Part shown: piece by piece, positions 46,419 through 56,086 of the stretch
Numbering within the stretch: position 1 is the first letter of the stretch
Layout: the number at the start of each line of letters is the position of its first letter
Assembly: GCA_020630175.1 (NCBI GenBank)
Contig: JAHDBW010000001.1
Location: 52,465-116,464 of the forward strand
Source: Anaerolineales bacterium
Lineage (GTDB): Bacteria > Chloroflexota > Anaerolineae > Anaerolineales > UBA6668
Length of the DNA: 64,000 nt
Reading direction: 5' to 3'
Translations under genes and position numbers: made by a program
Notes under the pieces: generated by a model
Database searches by the model: none
The model's input: only the letters and a program-made list of their open reading frames with translations
What the model was told of the DNA's origin: nothing

Positions 46419-47735
46419 ATGTTTAGATCTGCTCTCCGAACAACGCTTATTCTAATTTTGCTGATTAGCATCAACATTATTGGGTTTCATCCGCGTTACC
46501 GTATCCGCTTAGATGTTTCTGCCAACGGCAGCAATACCCTAGCACCCGAATCGCTGGCTGTCGTGCAAGACTTGCCGCCAAATGTATCTGCAATCGGCTT
46601 TTATACCAATGCCAGTGGGGGGCGTCGGCAGCGTGCTGAAGAGTTGCTCAATCAATATCGGCTAGCAAGCAATGGCGCATTTGATTATCAATTGGTAGAT
46701 CCCGATGTAAATCCAACTCTAGCCCGTGAGTATGCCGTGGTTGAAGATGCCACGCTCTTGATTTTGAATGGCGATACGCGCGTCCGGGTTCGCTTACTTA
46801 CTGAAGGTGAGCTAACCAACGCCATGTTTAATGCGCTCAATCCGCGTACGCGCCAGCTTTACTTTGTAACAGGCCACGGCGAAAACAATATTGCAGATGG
46901 TACGGAGATCGGACTGTCTACACTGAATGCCCGTCTCAATCAGCGCGGCATTCAAACGGCGGATCTCAACCTGCTAACGGGCGGGGTGCCTGCGGATGCG
47001 AATTTGGTGGTGATTGCAGGTGCCGTCTCTGAATTCTCTGCTGCTGAGATCGCCGCAGTTGATACGTACTTAGCGCAAGGGGGCAAGTTGCTGTTACTAA
47101 GCGACTCGCCTGAAACCGCAGATCCGCAGCGGCTTGAGACGTACATTAGCGAAGCGTGGGGGCTGACGCTTCAGCCAGACTTAGTGTCAGACTTCTCTTA
47201 CTCTGTGTTGGGGAGTCCGGTAAATCCGCTCATCTGGAACTATGCGCCGCATCCAATTTCAGAAGGATTGTTAGACTTGTCGATCTTTTTACGCACTGCG
47301 CGGTCTATCCAATTAGCAGACAGTGCAGACGTTACAACCAGCAGCTTGGCAGAAACCAGCAATGCTGCCAGCGCAATCGCTGTTGATGGTTTGATCGCAG
47401 AAAAAGAAGCGCTCACGGGCCTGACTATTGTTGGCGTGGCGGAAAATATTGCCTCTGATGGGGTGGTATTAGCGATTGGCGATGTGGATTTTGTCTCCAA
47501 TGCGGTGTTGCAGCAATTCCCAAATAATGCCTTGCTGTTTGAAAACTCTGCAAACTGGCTGATTGGTGATTTGAATGCAATTCAATTAACGCCCCGCGCT
47601 GCGGTTGACAACAGCCATCAAATCATTACACTGACAGATCAGGTGCGTTTTATTGCGATTGTTTGGGTGTTACCAATGTTGCTTGTGATTGGGGTTGGGT
47701 TATCTGTGCGGGTTAGCCGCCGGGCGCGTAAATAA
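46419..47735 (+). CDS. GldG-family ABC accessory protein
   Basis: The ORF opens at 46365, but ATG 46419 is preferred. It has N- and C-terminal TM anchors. RLDVSANGSNTLAPES...YQLVDPDVNP matches the GldG pattern. Confidence 0.7.
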   Translation: MFRSALRTTLILILLISINIIGFHPRYRIRLDVSANGSNTLAPESLAVVQDLPPNVSAIGFYTNASGGRRQRAEELLNQYRLASNGAFDYQLVDPDVNPTLAREYAVVEDATLLILNGDTRVRVRLLTEGELTNAMFNALNPRTRQLYFVTGHGENNIADGTEIGLSTLNARLNQRGIQTADLNLLTGGVPADANLVVIAGAVSEFSAAEIAAVDTYLAQGGKLLLLSDSPETADPQRLETYISEAWGLTLQPDLVSDFSYSVLGSPVNPLIWNYAPHPISEGLLDLSIFLRTARSIQLADSADVTTSSLAETSNAASAIAVDGLIAEKEALTGLTIVGVAENIASDGVVLAIGDVDFVSNAVLQQFPNNALLFENSANWLIGDLNAIQLTPRAAVDNSHQIITLTDQVRFIAIVWVLPMLLVIGVGLSVRVSRRARK

Positions 47736-47736
47736 G

Positions 47737-48246
47737 ATGCGTAAATCAGACTGGCTATTGGCCGCTGCTACCCTGATTGCGGTGCTCTGTGCGGTGCTGG
47801 TTCTGCGAGATGATCCGACAAAACGGATTGTTGAGCCAACAACGTTGCAGCCGTTATTCAGCCCAACGCAGCAAATGCAAGCGGACCGGATTGTGATCTC
47901 TGCCCCAGATGAAGAGTTGGCGTGGGCGTATCTTCGCAGTGAGACTGGGGTTTGGATTGGTGAAGGTGTGACCAACGAGCAGTTGGCACAGTCCATTAAT
48001 ATAGCCGTGGTGAGCTTGTTGTCGGCCGCTTATGGTGATGCTCTCGGCGTGCTGCAAAATGACGCGGCAGTATTTGGTCTGACGCCAGCGCAATTAGAGA
48101 TTACACTTTATCAAGGTACTGTCCAGCTTGCGCAAATTCGCGTTGGCAACCAAACTTCAGTACAGGGCGGCCATTATATTGTGGCGCCAAATGGCTCCGA
48201 TATCGTGATCGCAACAATTACACAACTAGATGTGTTGCTTCGTTAG
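47737..48246 (+). CDS. DUF4340-like membrane-anchored protein
   Basis: The ORF opens at 47689. ATG 47737 lies 1 nt after the GldG stop. It has one TM helix. The call rests mainly on the conserved position after GldG. Confidence 0.5.
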   Translation: MRKSDWLLAAATLIAVLCAVLVLRDDPTKRIVEPTTLQPLFSPTQQMQADRIVISAPDEELAWAYLRSETGVWIGEGVTNEQLAQSINIAVVSLLSAAYGDALGVLQNDAAVFGLTPAQLEITLYQGTVQLAQIRVGNQTSVQGGHYIVAPNGSDIVIATITQLDVLLR

Positions 48247-48275
48247 CAAGTCGTTTTTCAAAAAACATCGAATAA

Positions 48276-48305
48276 TTGGCAATATTGTGCGGAGTCGGGT
48301 ATAGT
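48276..48305 (+). promoter_or_regulatory. Candidate sigma70-type promoter upstream of sigA
   Basis: TTGGCA (48276-48281), an 18-nt spacer, then TATAGT (48300-48305). Confidence 0.4.
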
Positions 48306-48471
48306 CTGACCCGTTTTCATGATCAATTAATAACGTATTGCATCTATTAAATGCTACACTAGATAAACAACGAGGGTTGCATTTACACCCTGTTTTGTTG
48401 TTTACTTTACTAAGCATTACCAACGGTTAATCACAATAAAGCGATTGGCGTTCGGCAAATTGCTCTTTTTT

Positions 48472-49824
48472 ATGGCAAGTAACAAAAGCTCAAAAAAATC
48501 AAAATCAAATAAACCTGCAGAAGAACTCGCACCTGTTGTGCCGGTTGCTGCTCCAGTCGTGGATGCCGCTGCAACGCCGGCTGATGTCGATAATGACATC
48601 GAGGCGGAAATTCAAGAAGGCATTCTTTCGTCTGAAGAGAATCCGCGCATTGAACAGCTGATTGAGTTAGGGAAGCAGCAAGGTGCCATCACTTATGATG
48701 ACATCCTTAAAGTGTTCCCAGAAGCTGAACAAGATATTCAGCAACTCGATGAAGCGAATGCGGCCTTGCTTGAGGCTGGGATTGATGTTGTCGATAAATT
48801 GGCAGCAGAACCCGTAGACGAAGATGAACTAGAAGATGAAAAACCTAGTCGTCGCCGTCGCACAAGTAAAACATCTAACACGATTGGCAACAATGCGCTG
48901 CCAAACGTTGATGTTGATGACACGATCGGTCTCTACTTAAAAGAGATCGGGAAAGTGCCATTGCTGACTGCTGAAGAAGAAGTCTGGCTTGCGAAGCGCA
49001 TGGAAAAAATGGTGCAAGCTCAAGAAACCCTTGATGAGGGTGGGCGGATTGCGCCAGACGATCGTCGCCAGCTAAGTGCTGACATTGACGATGGCATGGA
49101 TGCGCGTGAACACCTCGTGACAGCAAACTCGCGTTTGGTCATTAGTGTTGCTAAAAAATACATCGGGCGGGGTGTGCCATTCTTGGATCTTATTCAAGAA
49201 GGGAACATTGGCCTGTTGCGTGCTGCTAAGAAATTTGACTATCACCGTGGTCACAAGTTTAGTACCTACGCCACTTGGTGGATTCGCCAAGCAGTAACGC
49301 GTGCTATTGCAGATCAAGGCCGGACCATTCGTGTGCCGGTGCACATGGGTGACCAAATCAATAAACTCTTGCGCGTGTCGCATGCACTAACGCAGGCGCT
49401 TGGGCGGGATCCAACAACTGAAGAAATCGCAGCTGAACTTGAGGTTACGCCTAAGAAAGTTGAAGATATGATCCAAATCGCACGGCGTCCACTTTCGTTG
49501 GAAATGCCAACCGATGATGAAGAGGATTCAACGCTTGGTGACTTTATTGAAGATGAAGACAGCCCAGCACCAGCAGAGCAAGCAACCAAAAACTTACTGC
49601 GCGAACAGTTGCAGGAAGTTTTGTCTGAGTTGCCGCCGCGCGAAGTTCGCATTTTGCAACTACGTTACGGGCTGTTGGACGGTGAGTCTTACACGCTAGA
49701 AGAAGTTGGTAAAAAGATGGGTGTGACGCGGGAACGTGTGCGCCAGATCGAAGCACAAGCGCTTAGCCGCTTACGCCATCCAACGCATCGCAAGAAGTTG
49801 CAAGACTATCTCAAAGCAATTTAG
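48472..49824 (+). CDS. sigA: Primary RNA polymerase sigma factor (RpoD/SigA)
   Basis: It has an acidic N-terminal region. Region 2 reads [27 protein letters not shown] and region 4 reads [20 protein letters not shown]. The start is ATG 48472 or TTG 48445. Confidence 0.95.
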   Translation: MASNKSSKKSKSNKPAEELAPVVPVAAPVVDAAATPADVDNDIEAEIQEGILSSEENPRIEQLIELGKQQGAITYDDILKVFPEAEQDIQQLDEANAALLEAGIDVVDKLAAEPVDEDELEDEKPSRRRRTSKTSNTIGNNALPNVDVDDTIGLYLKEIGKVPLLTAEEEVWLAKRMEKMVQAQETLDEGGRIAPDDRRQLSADIDDGMDAREHLVTANSRLVISVAKKYIGRGVPFLDLIQEGNIGLLRAAKKFDYHRGHKFSTYATWWIRQAVTRAIADQGRTIRVPVHMGDQINKLLRVSHALTQALGRDPTTEEIAAELEVTPKKVEDMIQIARRPLSLEMPTDDEEDSTLGDFIEDEDSPAPAEQATKNLLREQLQEVLSELPPREVRILQLRYGLLDGESYTLEEVGKKMGVTRERVRQIEAQALSRLRHPTHRKKLQDYLKAI

Positions 49825-49852
49825 TCCATACGATTGCTGTATTGAACTCAAT

Positions 49853-49883
49853 AAAAAGGCGTCTTGGGTAAGACGCCTTTTTA
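49853..49883 (+). terminator. Rho-independent terminator after sigA
   Basis: GGCGTCTT (49858-49865) pairs with AAGACGCC (49870-49877) around a gggt loop and is followed by TTTTT. Confidence 0.85.
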
Positions 49884-49903
49884 TTTACCGCTAAGCTTCA
49901 AAC

Positions 49904-50845
49904 ATGATCTTGGTTACCGGCGCCACTGGTTTTGTTGGCCGCCAACTTATTCCACGCCTTGTTGAAAACGGGGAAGACGTCCGCGCACTAATTCGGCCTT
50001 CAAAAAAGGAGCCGAACTTGCCGCGTGGTTTGCCGTTGCAGGTGGCCGTGTCTGGGTTGGTTGGCTTCCGCGAAATTCGGGCTGCGCTTGTAGGTGTCGA
50101 TACGATTGTGCACTTAGCCAGTGCTGAAAAGTCTGGTGATCCTAAACAACTCAAAGCTGTAGATTATGAAGGCACGCGGCGCTTGTTAGAAGCCGCCGAA
50201 GAAGTTGGGATACGACGCTTTGTCTATATTTCCCATCTAGGTGCGAATTCTGCCTCGGCATTTCCGTTGTATCGCATCAAGGGCCAGATTGAAGAGTTGA
50301 TCTTGCAAAGCAGGGTGCCTTATACAATTATCAAAAGTAGTTTGTTGCATGGCCCTGAAGATCGCTTCACGACATTACTAGCCGCTTTGGCGCACGTCTC
50401 ACCCGGCGTATTCTTTTTGCCAGGCGATGGGCAAATCCGTTTGCAGCCATTATGGGTTGACGACCTTGTCACCTGTATTGAGTGGAGTTTGGATGATCCC
50501 GGCCTGACGCGCCAAGTGTTATCTGTGGGTGGGCCGGAATTCCTGAGCCTGCAAAACATTGCTGAGCTTGTAATGGCACAAAGTGGCCGTCGGCGGCGCA
50601 TCACGCCGATGCCGGTTCCGTATGTGCGCTTTCTAACCAAGATGTTTCGGCGGCGATACAAAGAGACGGCGCTTTCTTCGCTTTGGTTAGATCACTTTGC
50701 CGTAAATCGGGCGTGTGAATTGCACAGTGTAATGCGCTACTTTGGGTTACGCCCAGCCCGGTTTGAACAGTCTTTGCAATTGCCAAGCAAAGTCGGGTTG
50801 TTCCGCGATTGGCGTTATTTATCGCGTGGAACCCCAATCAACTAA
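49904..50845 (+). CDS. NAD(P)H-binding SDR / NmrA-like (NDUFA9-like) oxidoreductase
   Basis: 313 aa with a Rossmann start, MILVTGATGFVG. Confidence 0.75.
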   Translation: MILVTGATGFVGRQLIPRLVENGEDVRALIRPSKKEPNLPRGLPLQVAVSGLVGFREIRAALVGVDTIVHLASAEKSGDPKQLKAVDYEGTRRLLEAAEEVGIRRFVYISHLGANSASAFPLYRIKGQIEELILQSRVPYTIIKSSLLHGPEDRFTTLLAALAHVSPGVFFLPGDGQIRLQPLWVDDLVTCIEWSLDDPGLTRQVLSVGGPEFLSLQNIAELVMAQSGRRRRITPMPVPYVRFLTKMFRRRYKETALSSLWLDHFAVNRACELHSVMRYFGLRPARFEQSLQLPSKVGLFRDWRYLSRGTPIN

Positions 50846-50872
50846 CGTTTGAAAATAGTTTTTACAAATCCA

Positions 50873-50901
50873 TTGACCTATTTAGGTCTTTTTGATAAGA
50901 T
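50873..50901 (+). promoter_or_regulatory. Candidate sigma70-type promoter for rpoB
   Basis: TTGACC (50873-50878), a 17-nt spacer, then an extended -10, TGaTAAGAT (50893-50901). It lies about 100 nt upstream of ATG 51001. Confidence 0.55.
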
Positions 50902-51000
50902 CATCAATTGCGCGTGCCTGTACAAATTAGGTGCGTGTTTGCAGTTAAGGTGTGTGATAACACATCTTGGTTTTCACCCATTCCAAGGAGAATTCTATAA

Positions 51001-54000
51001 ATGACATCAGCCAAGGGTCTCAAGTCGTATGCTCGTTCGACAACAAAATTTAGCCTTCCCACGCTGATTCAAATTCAACTCGAATCATTTGAGTGGTTCA
51101 GAACCGAAGGGTTATTTGAACTGTTCAACGAGATCTCACCAATTACATCCTTCAATGAAGGGATGAAGCTTTACTTCCCTGGTCGTTCAGAGGAAGCAAA
51201 AGAGTGGGATCTTTCGTATTGGTTTGAAGATCCAAAATACGGCGTAGACGAATGTCTTGACCGTGATTTGACATACTCAGCTCCACTGTACTCAAAGGTA
51301 TTGTTGACCGGTGATGACGTGCCAGAACCTGTTGTGTCAGACATCTTCTTGGGTGACTTCCCAGTCATGACGCCAAAGGGGACGTTCATTGTGAACGGCA
51401 CCGAGCGTGTTGTGGTATCTCAGCTTATTCGCTCTCCGGGTGTTTACTTTGAAGCTGAAGAAGATCGCACAACTGGCCGTATGCAAGCTGCAGCGAAACT
51501 TATTCCAGATCGCGGCGCTTGGATGGAATTTGAAACACGTAAAAACGATCACGTTGCAGTGAAATTCAACCGCAAACGTACCGTTCCAGTTTCAATTCTG
51601 TTGCGCGCACTTGCTGCTGTATCTGACGGATTAGAAGAAAGCCCAATCCTTGAAGGGACTGATGAAGAAATCTTGGCGCTCTTTACCGATGTCGATACCG
51701 ACGTCGATCGCCAGTACATCGTGTCTTCAATGCGCCAAGAGCCGGTTTGGGAACTAGGCAAACGCACCATTGCTGAAGAAGCACTGATTGAATTTTACAA
51801 GCGCATGCGGCCTGGCGATCCAGCCACGTTGGATAACGCGCGTGAATACATGCAGCAGCAACTCTTTGATCAACGTCGTTACGACCTTGAAAGAGTGGGG
51901 CGTTACAAGCTGAACCAAAAGCTTGACCTGCACGATGTTGTTCCATTGACGCATCGCAACGTTAGCAAGCATGACATTATTGCGCTCGTCAAACGCATGA
52001 TCAACATCAACAACGGTGTTGAATTTGCAGACGATATCGATCACCTTGGTAATCGCCGCGTCAAGACTGTTGGTGAGCTTATTCAAAACAAATTGCGTGT
52101 TGGCTTGCGCCGCACGGAACGCGTGATCCGCGAACGGATGTCAATCCGTGATCAAGAAAACATCTCACCGGTGAGCTTGATCAACATTCGCCCAGTTGTT
52201 GCTGCTGTACGTGAGTTCTTTGGCTCAAGTCAGTTGTCACAATTTATGGATCAAACCAATCCGCTAGCAGAATTGCGGCACAAGCGTACCGTCTCTGCGT
52301 TGGGTCCGGGTGGTCTGCGCCGTGAACGTGCAGGCTTTGATGTGCGTGATGTTCACCACTCTCACTACGGCCGCATCTGCCCGATTGAAACGCCTGAAGG
52401 TCCAAACATTGGTCTGATTGGTCGTTTGGCAGGCTATGCAAAGGTCAATGAGTTTGGCTTTATTGAAACGCCATACCGCAAAGTTATCAAAGAACTCTCA
52501 GCAACCAGCGACGACCTAGTCGGCCGCCGGGCTTGGGATGATATTGAAGATAAAGACGGTAATGAAATCGCTGAACGCGGTGACATGATTACCGCTGAAT
52601 TGGCAGAGCAAATTGCGAAGCTTGGCAAAAAGACCATGATTCCAATTGCACCATTCGCATCTTCAGAAACGCTGTATCTTTCAGCTGACGTTGAAGATCG
52701 CTATGTGATTGCGCAAGGGAACACGCCACTCAACAAGCTTGATGAGTTTGTGCGCCCTCGTGTGTCATGCCGTTCTTCATCTAAGTTTATTTTTGCTAGC
52801 ACAACAGATGTTGACTACATGGATGTGGCACCGCGCCAAATTGTAGGGATTTCTGCTTCGCTTATTCCATTCCTAGAACATGACGATGCTAACCGCGCGT
52901 TGATGGGATCTAACATGCAGGCGCAAGCTGTGCCACTGTTGCGCCCAGAAGTGCCAATCGTCTCAACTGGGATGGAGCACTACGCAGCCCGCGACTCAGG
53001 TCAGGTTGTGATTGCGCAAAATGACGGCGAAGTTGTAAGTGTGACTGGTAAGGACGTGCTTCTGCAAGAAGGCGACGATCGCCAAGTCTATCGCTTGCGC
53101 AAGTTCCAACGCTCTAACCAAAGCACCTGTATTGACCAACGCCCGATTGTGGCAAAGGGTCAACGTGTGAAGAAGGGCGATATCATCGCTGACTCTTCAT
53201 CTACGGATGGTGGTCACTTGGCGCTGGGTCAAAACGTGTTGGTTGCTTACCTTTCATGGGAAGGTGGTAACTATGAAGATGCTATTTTGATCTCAGAACG
53301 CTTGGTTCGCAACGACAAGTTCACCTCAATCCATATTGAAAAGCACGAAGTCGAAGCACGTGACACCAAGTTGGGTCCAGAAGAAATTACATACGACATT
53401 CCAAATGTCGGTGAAGACGCGCTGAAAGATCTTGATGAAAACGGGATTGTTCGTATCGGTGCGGATGTGGGTCCAAACGACATTCTTGTCGGGAAGATCA
53501 CGCCAAAGGGTGAAAAAGAATTGTCACCGGAAGAAAAGTTGCTACGCGCAATTTTCGGTGAAAAAGCCCGTGAAGTAAAAGACTCATCCTTGCGCTTGCC
53601 GCATGGTGAAAAGGGTAAGGTTGTGGACGTGCGTGTCTTTACGCGTGATGAACACAGCGACTTGTCTGCTGGTGTTGACAAGATGGTGCGCGTTTCTGTT
53701 GCGCAACGTCGGAAGTTGACCGCAGGGGACAAGATGGCAGGGCGCCACGGTAACAAAGGTGTTATCTCTAAAGTTGTGCCAATTGCTGATATGCCTTACT
53801 TAGAAGACGGTACCCCGATTGACATTATCCTCAATCCACTGGGTGTGCCGGGTCGGATGAATATTGGTCAAATCTTGGAAACTCACTTGGGTTGGTCAGC
53901 TGACCGCCTAGGGTTCCGTGCAGTTGTGCCAGTGTTTGACAGTGCGAATGAGCATGAAGTTGAAGCTGAATTGGCCCGTGCTTGGTTGATTGACCGCGCT

Positions 54001-54903
54001 TGGGATGAAGCGCAAAACCGCGCTTGGGATTGGTTGAAAGAACAAGATTATGATCCAGAAATGCTAGAAGATGATGTCGATGCGACATTACTCTATCTAG
54101 AAGCATGGATCGGGTCACAGTTTGATATCGATCGCTTGATGACTGACATCAACTATGCGCGTCGCGCAGTGCTGGCCGTTTGGGCTGGCGAGCATGGCTA
54201 TACTGCTGATGAAGTGTTGACCTTTGAAGAAGGTGTTGCTGATGGCTTCACTATTGAAGAAGTAGACGCTAACGCAGTAGACCTGTGTCTGAAAGTTTGG
54301 GCTGCCGACAATGGTGGTGAAGTTCCAAGTGGTATGAAGGGCGATGCGCTACGCGAGTTTGCAACTTCAGTCATGATGAAAACTGAAGCGCCAATGCCAA
54401 CCCTTGGCAAAATGACACTCACTGACGGGATGACCGGTGAAGCGTATGATCAACCAGTAACGGTTGGGTACACGCACATGCTGAAACTCTCTCACCTTAT
54501 TGAAGATAAGGCGCACGCACGCTCAACAGGTCCTTACTCGCTGGTAACGCAGCAACCGCTTGGTGGTAAGGCGCAGTTTGGTGGGCAACGCTTCGGTGAA
54601 ATGGAAGTGTGGGCACTTGAAGCGTACGGCGCTGCACACATCTTGCAAGAAATGCTGACGGTCAAGTCAGATGATGTGCAAGGGCGTGTCAAGACCTACG
54701 AATCAATTGTAAAAGGCGAGCCGATCGAATCACCTGGTATTCCAGCGTCGTTCCGCGTGCTCGTGAAAGAACTTCAAAGTCTAGGCCTTGCTGTAGAAGC
54801 AACAACTGACGGCGGCGAAGTAATCAAGTTTGGTAAAGATGACGAGCGTAGCCGTGCACCACGAATGGGTGGGATGGGGCTATTAGACCTTGGTCGTCGC
54901 TAA
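51001..54903 (+). CDS. rpoB: DNA-directed RNA polymerase subunit beta
   Basis: 1300 aa with the motifs [37 protein letters not shown]-like [17 protein letters not shown] and [33 protein letters not shown] lies upstream of the ATG. Confidence 0.98.
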   Translation: MTSAKGLKSYARSTTKFSLPTLIQIQLESFEWFRTEGLFELFNEISPITSFNEGMKLYFPGRSEEAKEWDLSYWFEDPKYGVDECLDRDLTYSAPLYSKVLLTGDDVPEPVVSDIFLGDFPVMTPKGTFIVNGTERVVVSQLIRSPGVYFEAEEDRTTGRMQAAAKLIPDRGAWMEFETRKNDHVAVKFNRKRTVPVSILLRALAAVSDGLEESPILEGTDEEILALFTDVDTDVDRQYIVSSMRQEPVWELGKRTIAEEALIEFYKRMRPGDPATLDNAREYMQQQLFDQRRYDLERVGRYKLNQKLDLHDVVPLTHRNVSKHDIIALVKRMININNGVEFADDIDHLGNRRVKTVGELIQNKLRVGLRRTERVIRERMSIRDQENISPVSLINIRPVVAAVREFFGSSQLSQFMDQTNPLAELRHKRTVSALGPGGLRRERAGFDVRDVHHSHYGRICPIETPEGPNIGLIGRLAGYAKVNEFGFIETPYRKVIKELSATSDDLVGRRAWDDIEDKDGNEIAERGDMITAELAEQIAKLGKKTMIPIAPFASSETLYLSADVEDRYVIAQGNTPLNKLDEFVRPRVSCRSSSKFIFASTTDVDYMDVAPRQIVGISASLIPFLEHDDANRALMGSNMQAQAVPLLRPEVPIVSTGMEHYAARDSGQVVIAQNDGEVVSVTGKDVLLQEGDDRQVYRLRKFQRSNQSTCIDQRPIVAKGQRVKKGDIIADSSSTDGGHLALGQNVLVAYLSWEGGNYEDAILISERLVRNDKFTSIHIEKHEVEARDTKLGPEEITYDIPNVGEDALKDLDENGIVRIGADVGPNDILVGKITPKGEKELSPEEKLLRAIFGEKAREVKDSSLRLPHGEKGKVVDVRVFTRDEHSDLSAGVDKMVRVSVAQRRKLTAGDKMAGRHGNKGVISKVVPIADMPYLEDGTPIDIILNPLGVPGRMNIGQILETHLGWSADRLGFRAVVPVFDSANEHEVEAELARAWLIDRAWDEAQNRAWDWLKEQDYDPEMLEDDVDATLLYLEAWIGSQFDIDRLMTDINYARRAVLAVWAGEHGYTADEVLTFEEGVADGFTIEEVDANAVDLCLKVWAADNGGEVPSGMKGDALREFATSVMMKTEAPMPTLGKMTLTDGMTGEAYDQPVTVGYTHMLKLSHLIEDKAHARSTGPYSLVTQQPLGGKAQFGGQRFGEMEVWALEAYGAAHILQEMLTVKSDDVQGRVKTYESIVKGEPIESPGIPASFRVLVKELQSLGLAVEATTDGGEVIKFGKDDERSRAPRMGGMGLLDLGRR

Positions 54904-54915
54904 TTACCGAATGTG

Positions 54916-54944
54916 TTGACAGTGCATTAGCGCTGTGTTAATAT
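54916..54944 (+). promoter_or_regulatory. Near-consensus sigma70-type promoter in the rpoB-rpsL spacer
   Basis: TTGACA (54916-54921), a 17-nt spacer, then TAATAT (54939-54944). Confidence 0.6.
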
Positions 54945-55024
54945 AGGTCTTCGTCGATAACTCGCAAGCCGCTCGGTGGGCAAACGCTTACTGAGGCCGG
55001 AACAATAAATAGTAAATAGGCATT

Positions 55025-55070
55025 CGGGGTCACCGTACTGGTAATAATTTGTACGGTGACCCCGTTTGTT
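55025..55070 (+). terminator. Strong hairpin with a short U-tract: rpoB terminator and/or rpsL leader attenuator
   Basis: CGGGGTCACCGTAC (55025-55038) pairs perfectly with GTACGGTGACCCCG (55051-55064) around a 12-nt loop and is followed by TTTGTT. Confidence 0.6.
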
Positions 55071-55116
55071 GCGAAAATCTAGGCAAGAGCAAATCAAGAA
55101 AAGCTAAAAATATACT

Positions 55117-55536
55117 ATGCCGACTATCAATCAACTCGTCAGAAAAGGCCGCAAGTCTAAGACTAAAAAGAGTACTGCGCCTGCTCTGCAATACACATAT
55201 AACGCAAATAAACAACGCCGTGTCCGTCAGCCGAAAGGCGCTCCACAAAAACGTGGGGTATGTACGGTTGTGCGGACCCAAACACCTAAGAAGCCTAACT
55301 CGGCGCTGCGCAAAGTTGCGCGTGTGCGTTTGACAAACGGCTTGGAAGTATCTGCCTACATTGGCGGTGAGGGTCACACCTTGCAAGAGCACAGTGTTGT
55401 GTTGGTGCGTGGTGGGCGTGTAAAGGACTTGCCTGGTGTGCGCTATCACATCGTTCGTGGGACATTAGATACCACGGGTGTAGATGCACGTCGTCAAGGT
55501 CGTTCTAAATACGGCAGCAAAAAGCCTAAAGGATAA
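55117..55536 (+). CDS. rpsL: 30S ribosomal protein S12
   Basis: 139 aa with [28 protein letters not shown] and [14 protein letters not shown]. Confidence 0.98.
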   Translation: MPTINQLVRKGRKSKTKKSTAPALQYTYNANKQRRVRQPKGAPQKRGVCTVVRTQTPKKPNSALRKVARVRLTNGLEVSAYIGGEGHTLQEHSVVLVRGGRVKDLPGVRYHIVRGTLDTTGVDARRQGRSKYGSKKPKG

Positions 55537-55568
55537 ATTGCGAGTTAATCCTCTCGCGGAGAACTAAT

Positions 55569-56039
55569 ATGGCACGTCGATTTAAGCCAGACAGACGTCC
55601 GGTAGCACCGGATCCAAAATACAAGAGCACCACAATTTCAATGTTCGTTAACCGAATGATGATTAGTGGGAAGAAAAGCACTGCGCAACGTGTTATTTAT
55701 AACGCGTTCGATTTGATCGAGCAACGCGCAGGCAAGCCAGGCATTGAAGTAATGGCTGATGCATTGAAGACTGTAGCGCCAGCAGTTGAGGTTAAGCCTC
55801 GCCGTGTTGGTGGTGCAACTTATCAGGTGCCAATCGAAGTTGCTGCTGATCGCCGCGAAGCCCTCGCTATGCGTTGGATTATTGCTGCAGCACGCAGCCG
55901 CAGTGGTCGTTCAATGGCTGAAAAGTTGGCCAATGAATTGATGGACGCAGCCAATGGGACTGGTTCAGCAATCCGCCGCAAAGAAGAAACGCACAAGATG
56001 GCAGAAAGCAACCGTGCTTTCAGTCACTACCGTTTCTAG
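55569..56039 (+). CDS. rpsG: 30S ribosomal protein S7
   Basis: 156 aa with PDPKYKS, GKKSTAQRVIY and VKPRRVGGATYQVP. Confidence 0.98.
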   Translation: MARRFKPDRRPVAPDPKYKSTTISMFVNRMMISGKKSTAQRVIYNAFDLIEQRAGKPGIEVMADALKTVAPAVEVKPRRVGGATYQVPIEVAADRREALAMRWIIAAARSRSGRSMAEKLANELMDAANGTGSAIRRKEETHKMAESNRAFSHYRF

Positions 56040-56086
56040 ACGTCGTATAAAAACAAAAATCACCTGATTAATATCTGGTAGAAAAA

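Noticed and set aside
55030-55449. 139-aa minus-strand and 94-aa plus-strand ORFs overlapping rpsL and its leader.
   Set aside because: They overlap the unmistakable S12 frame and have no supporting signals.
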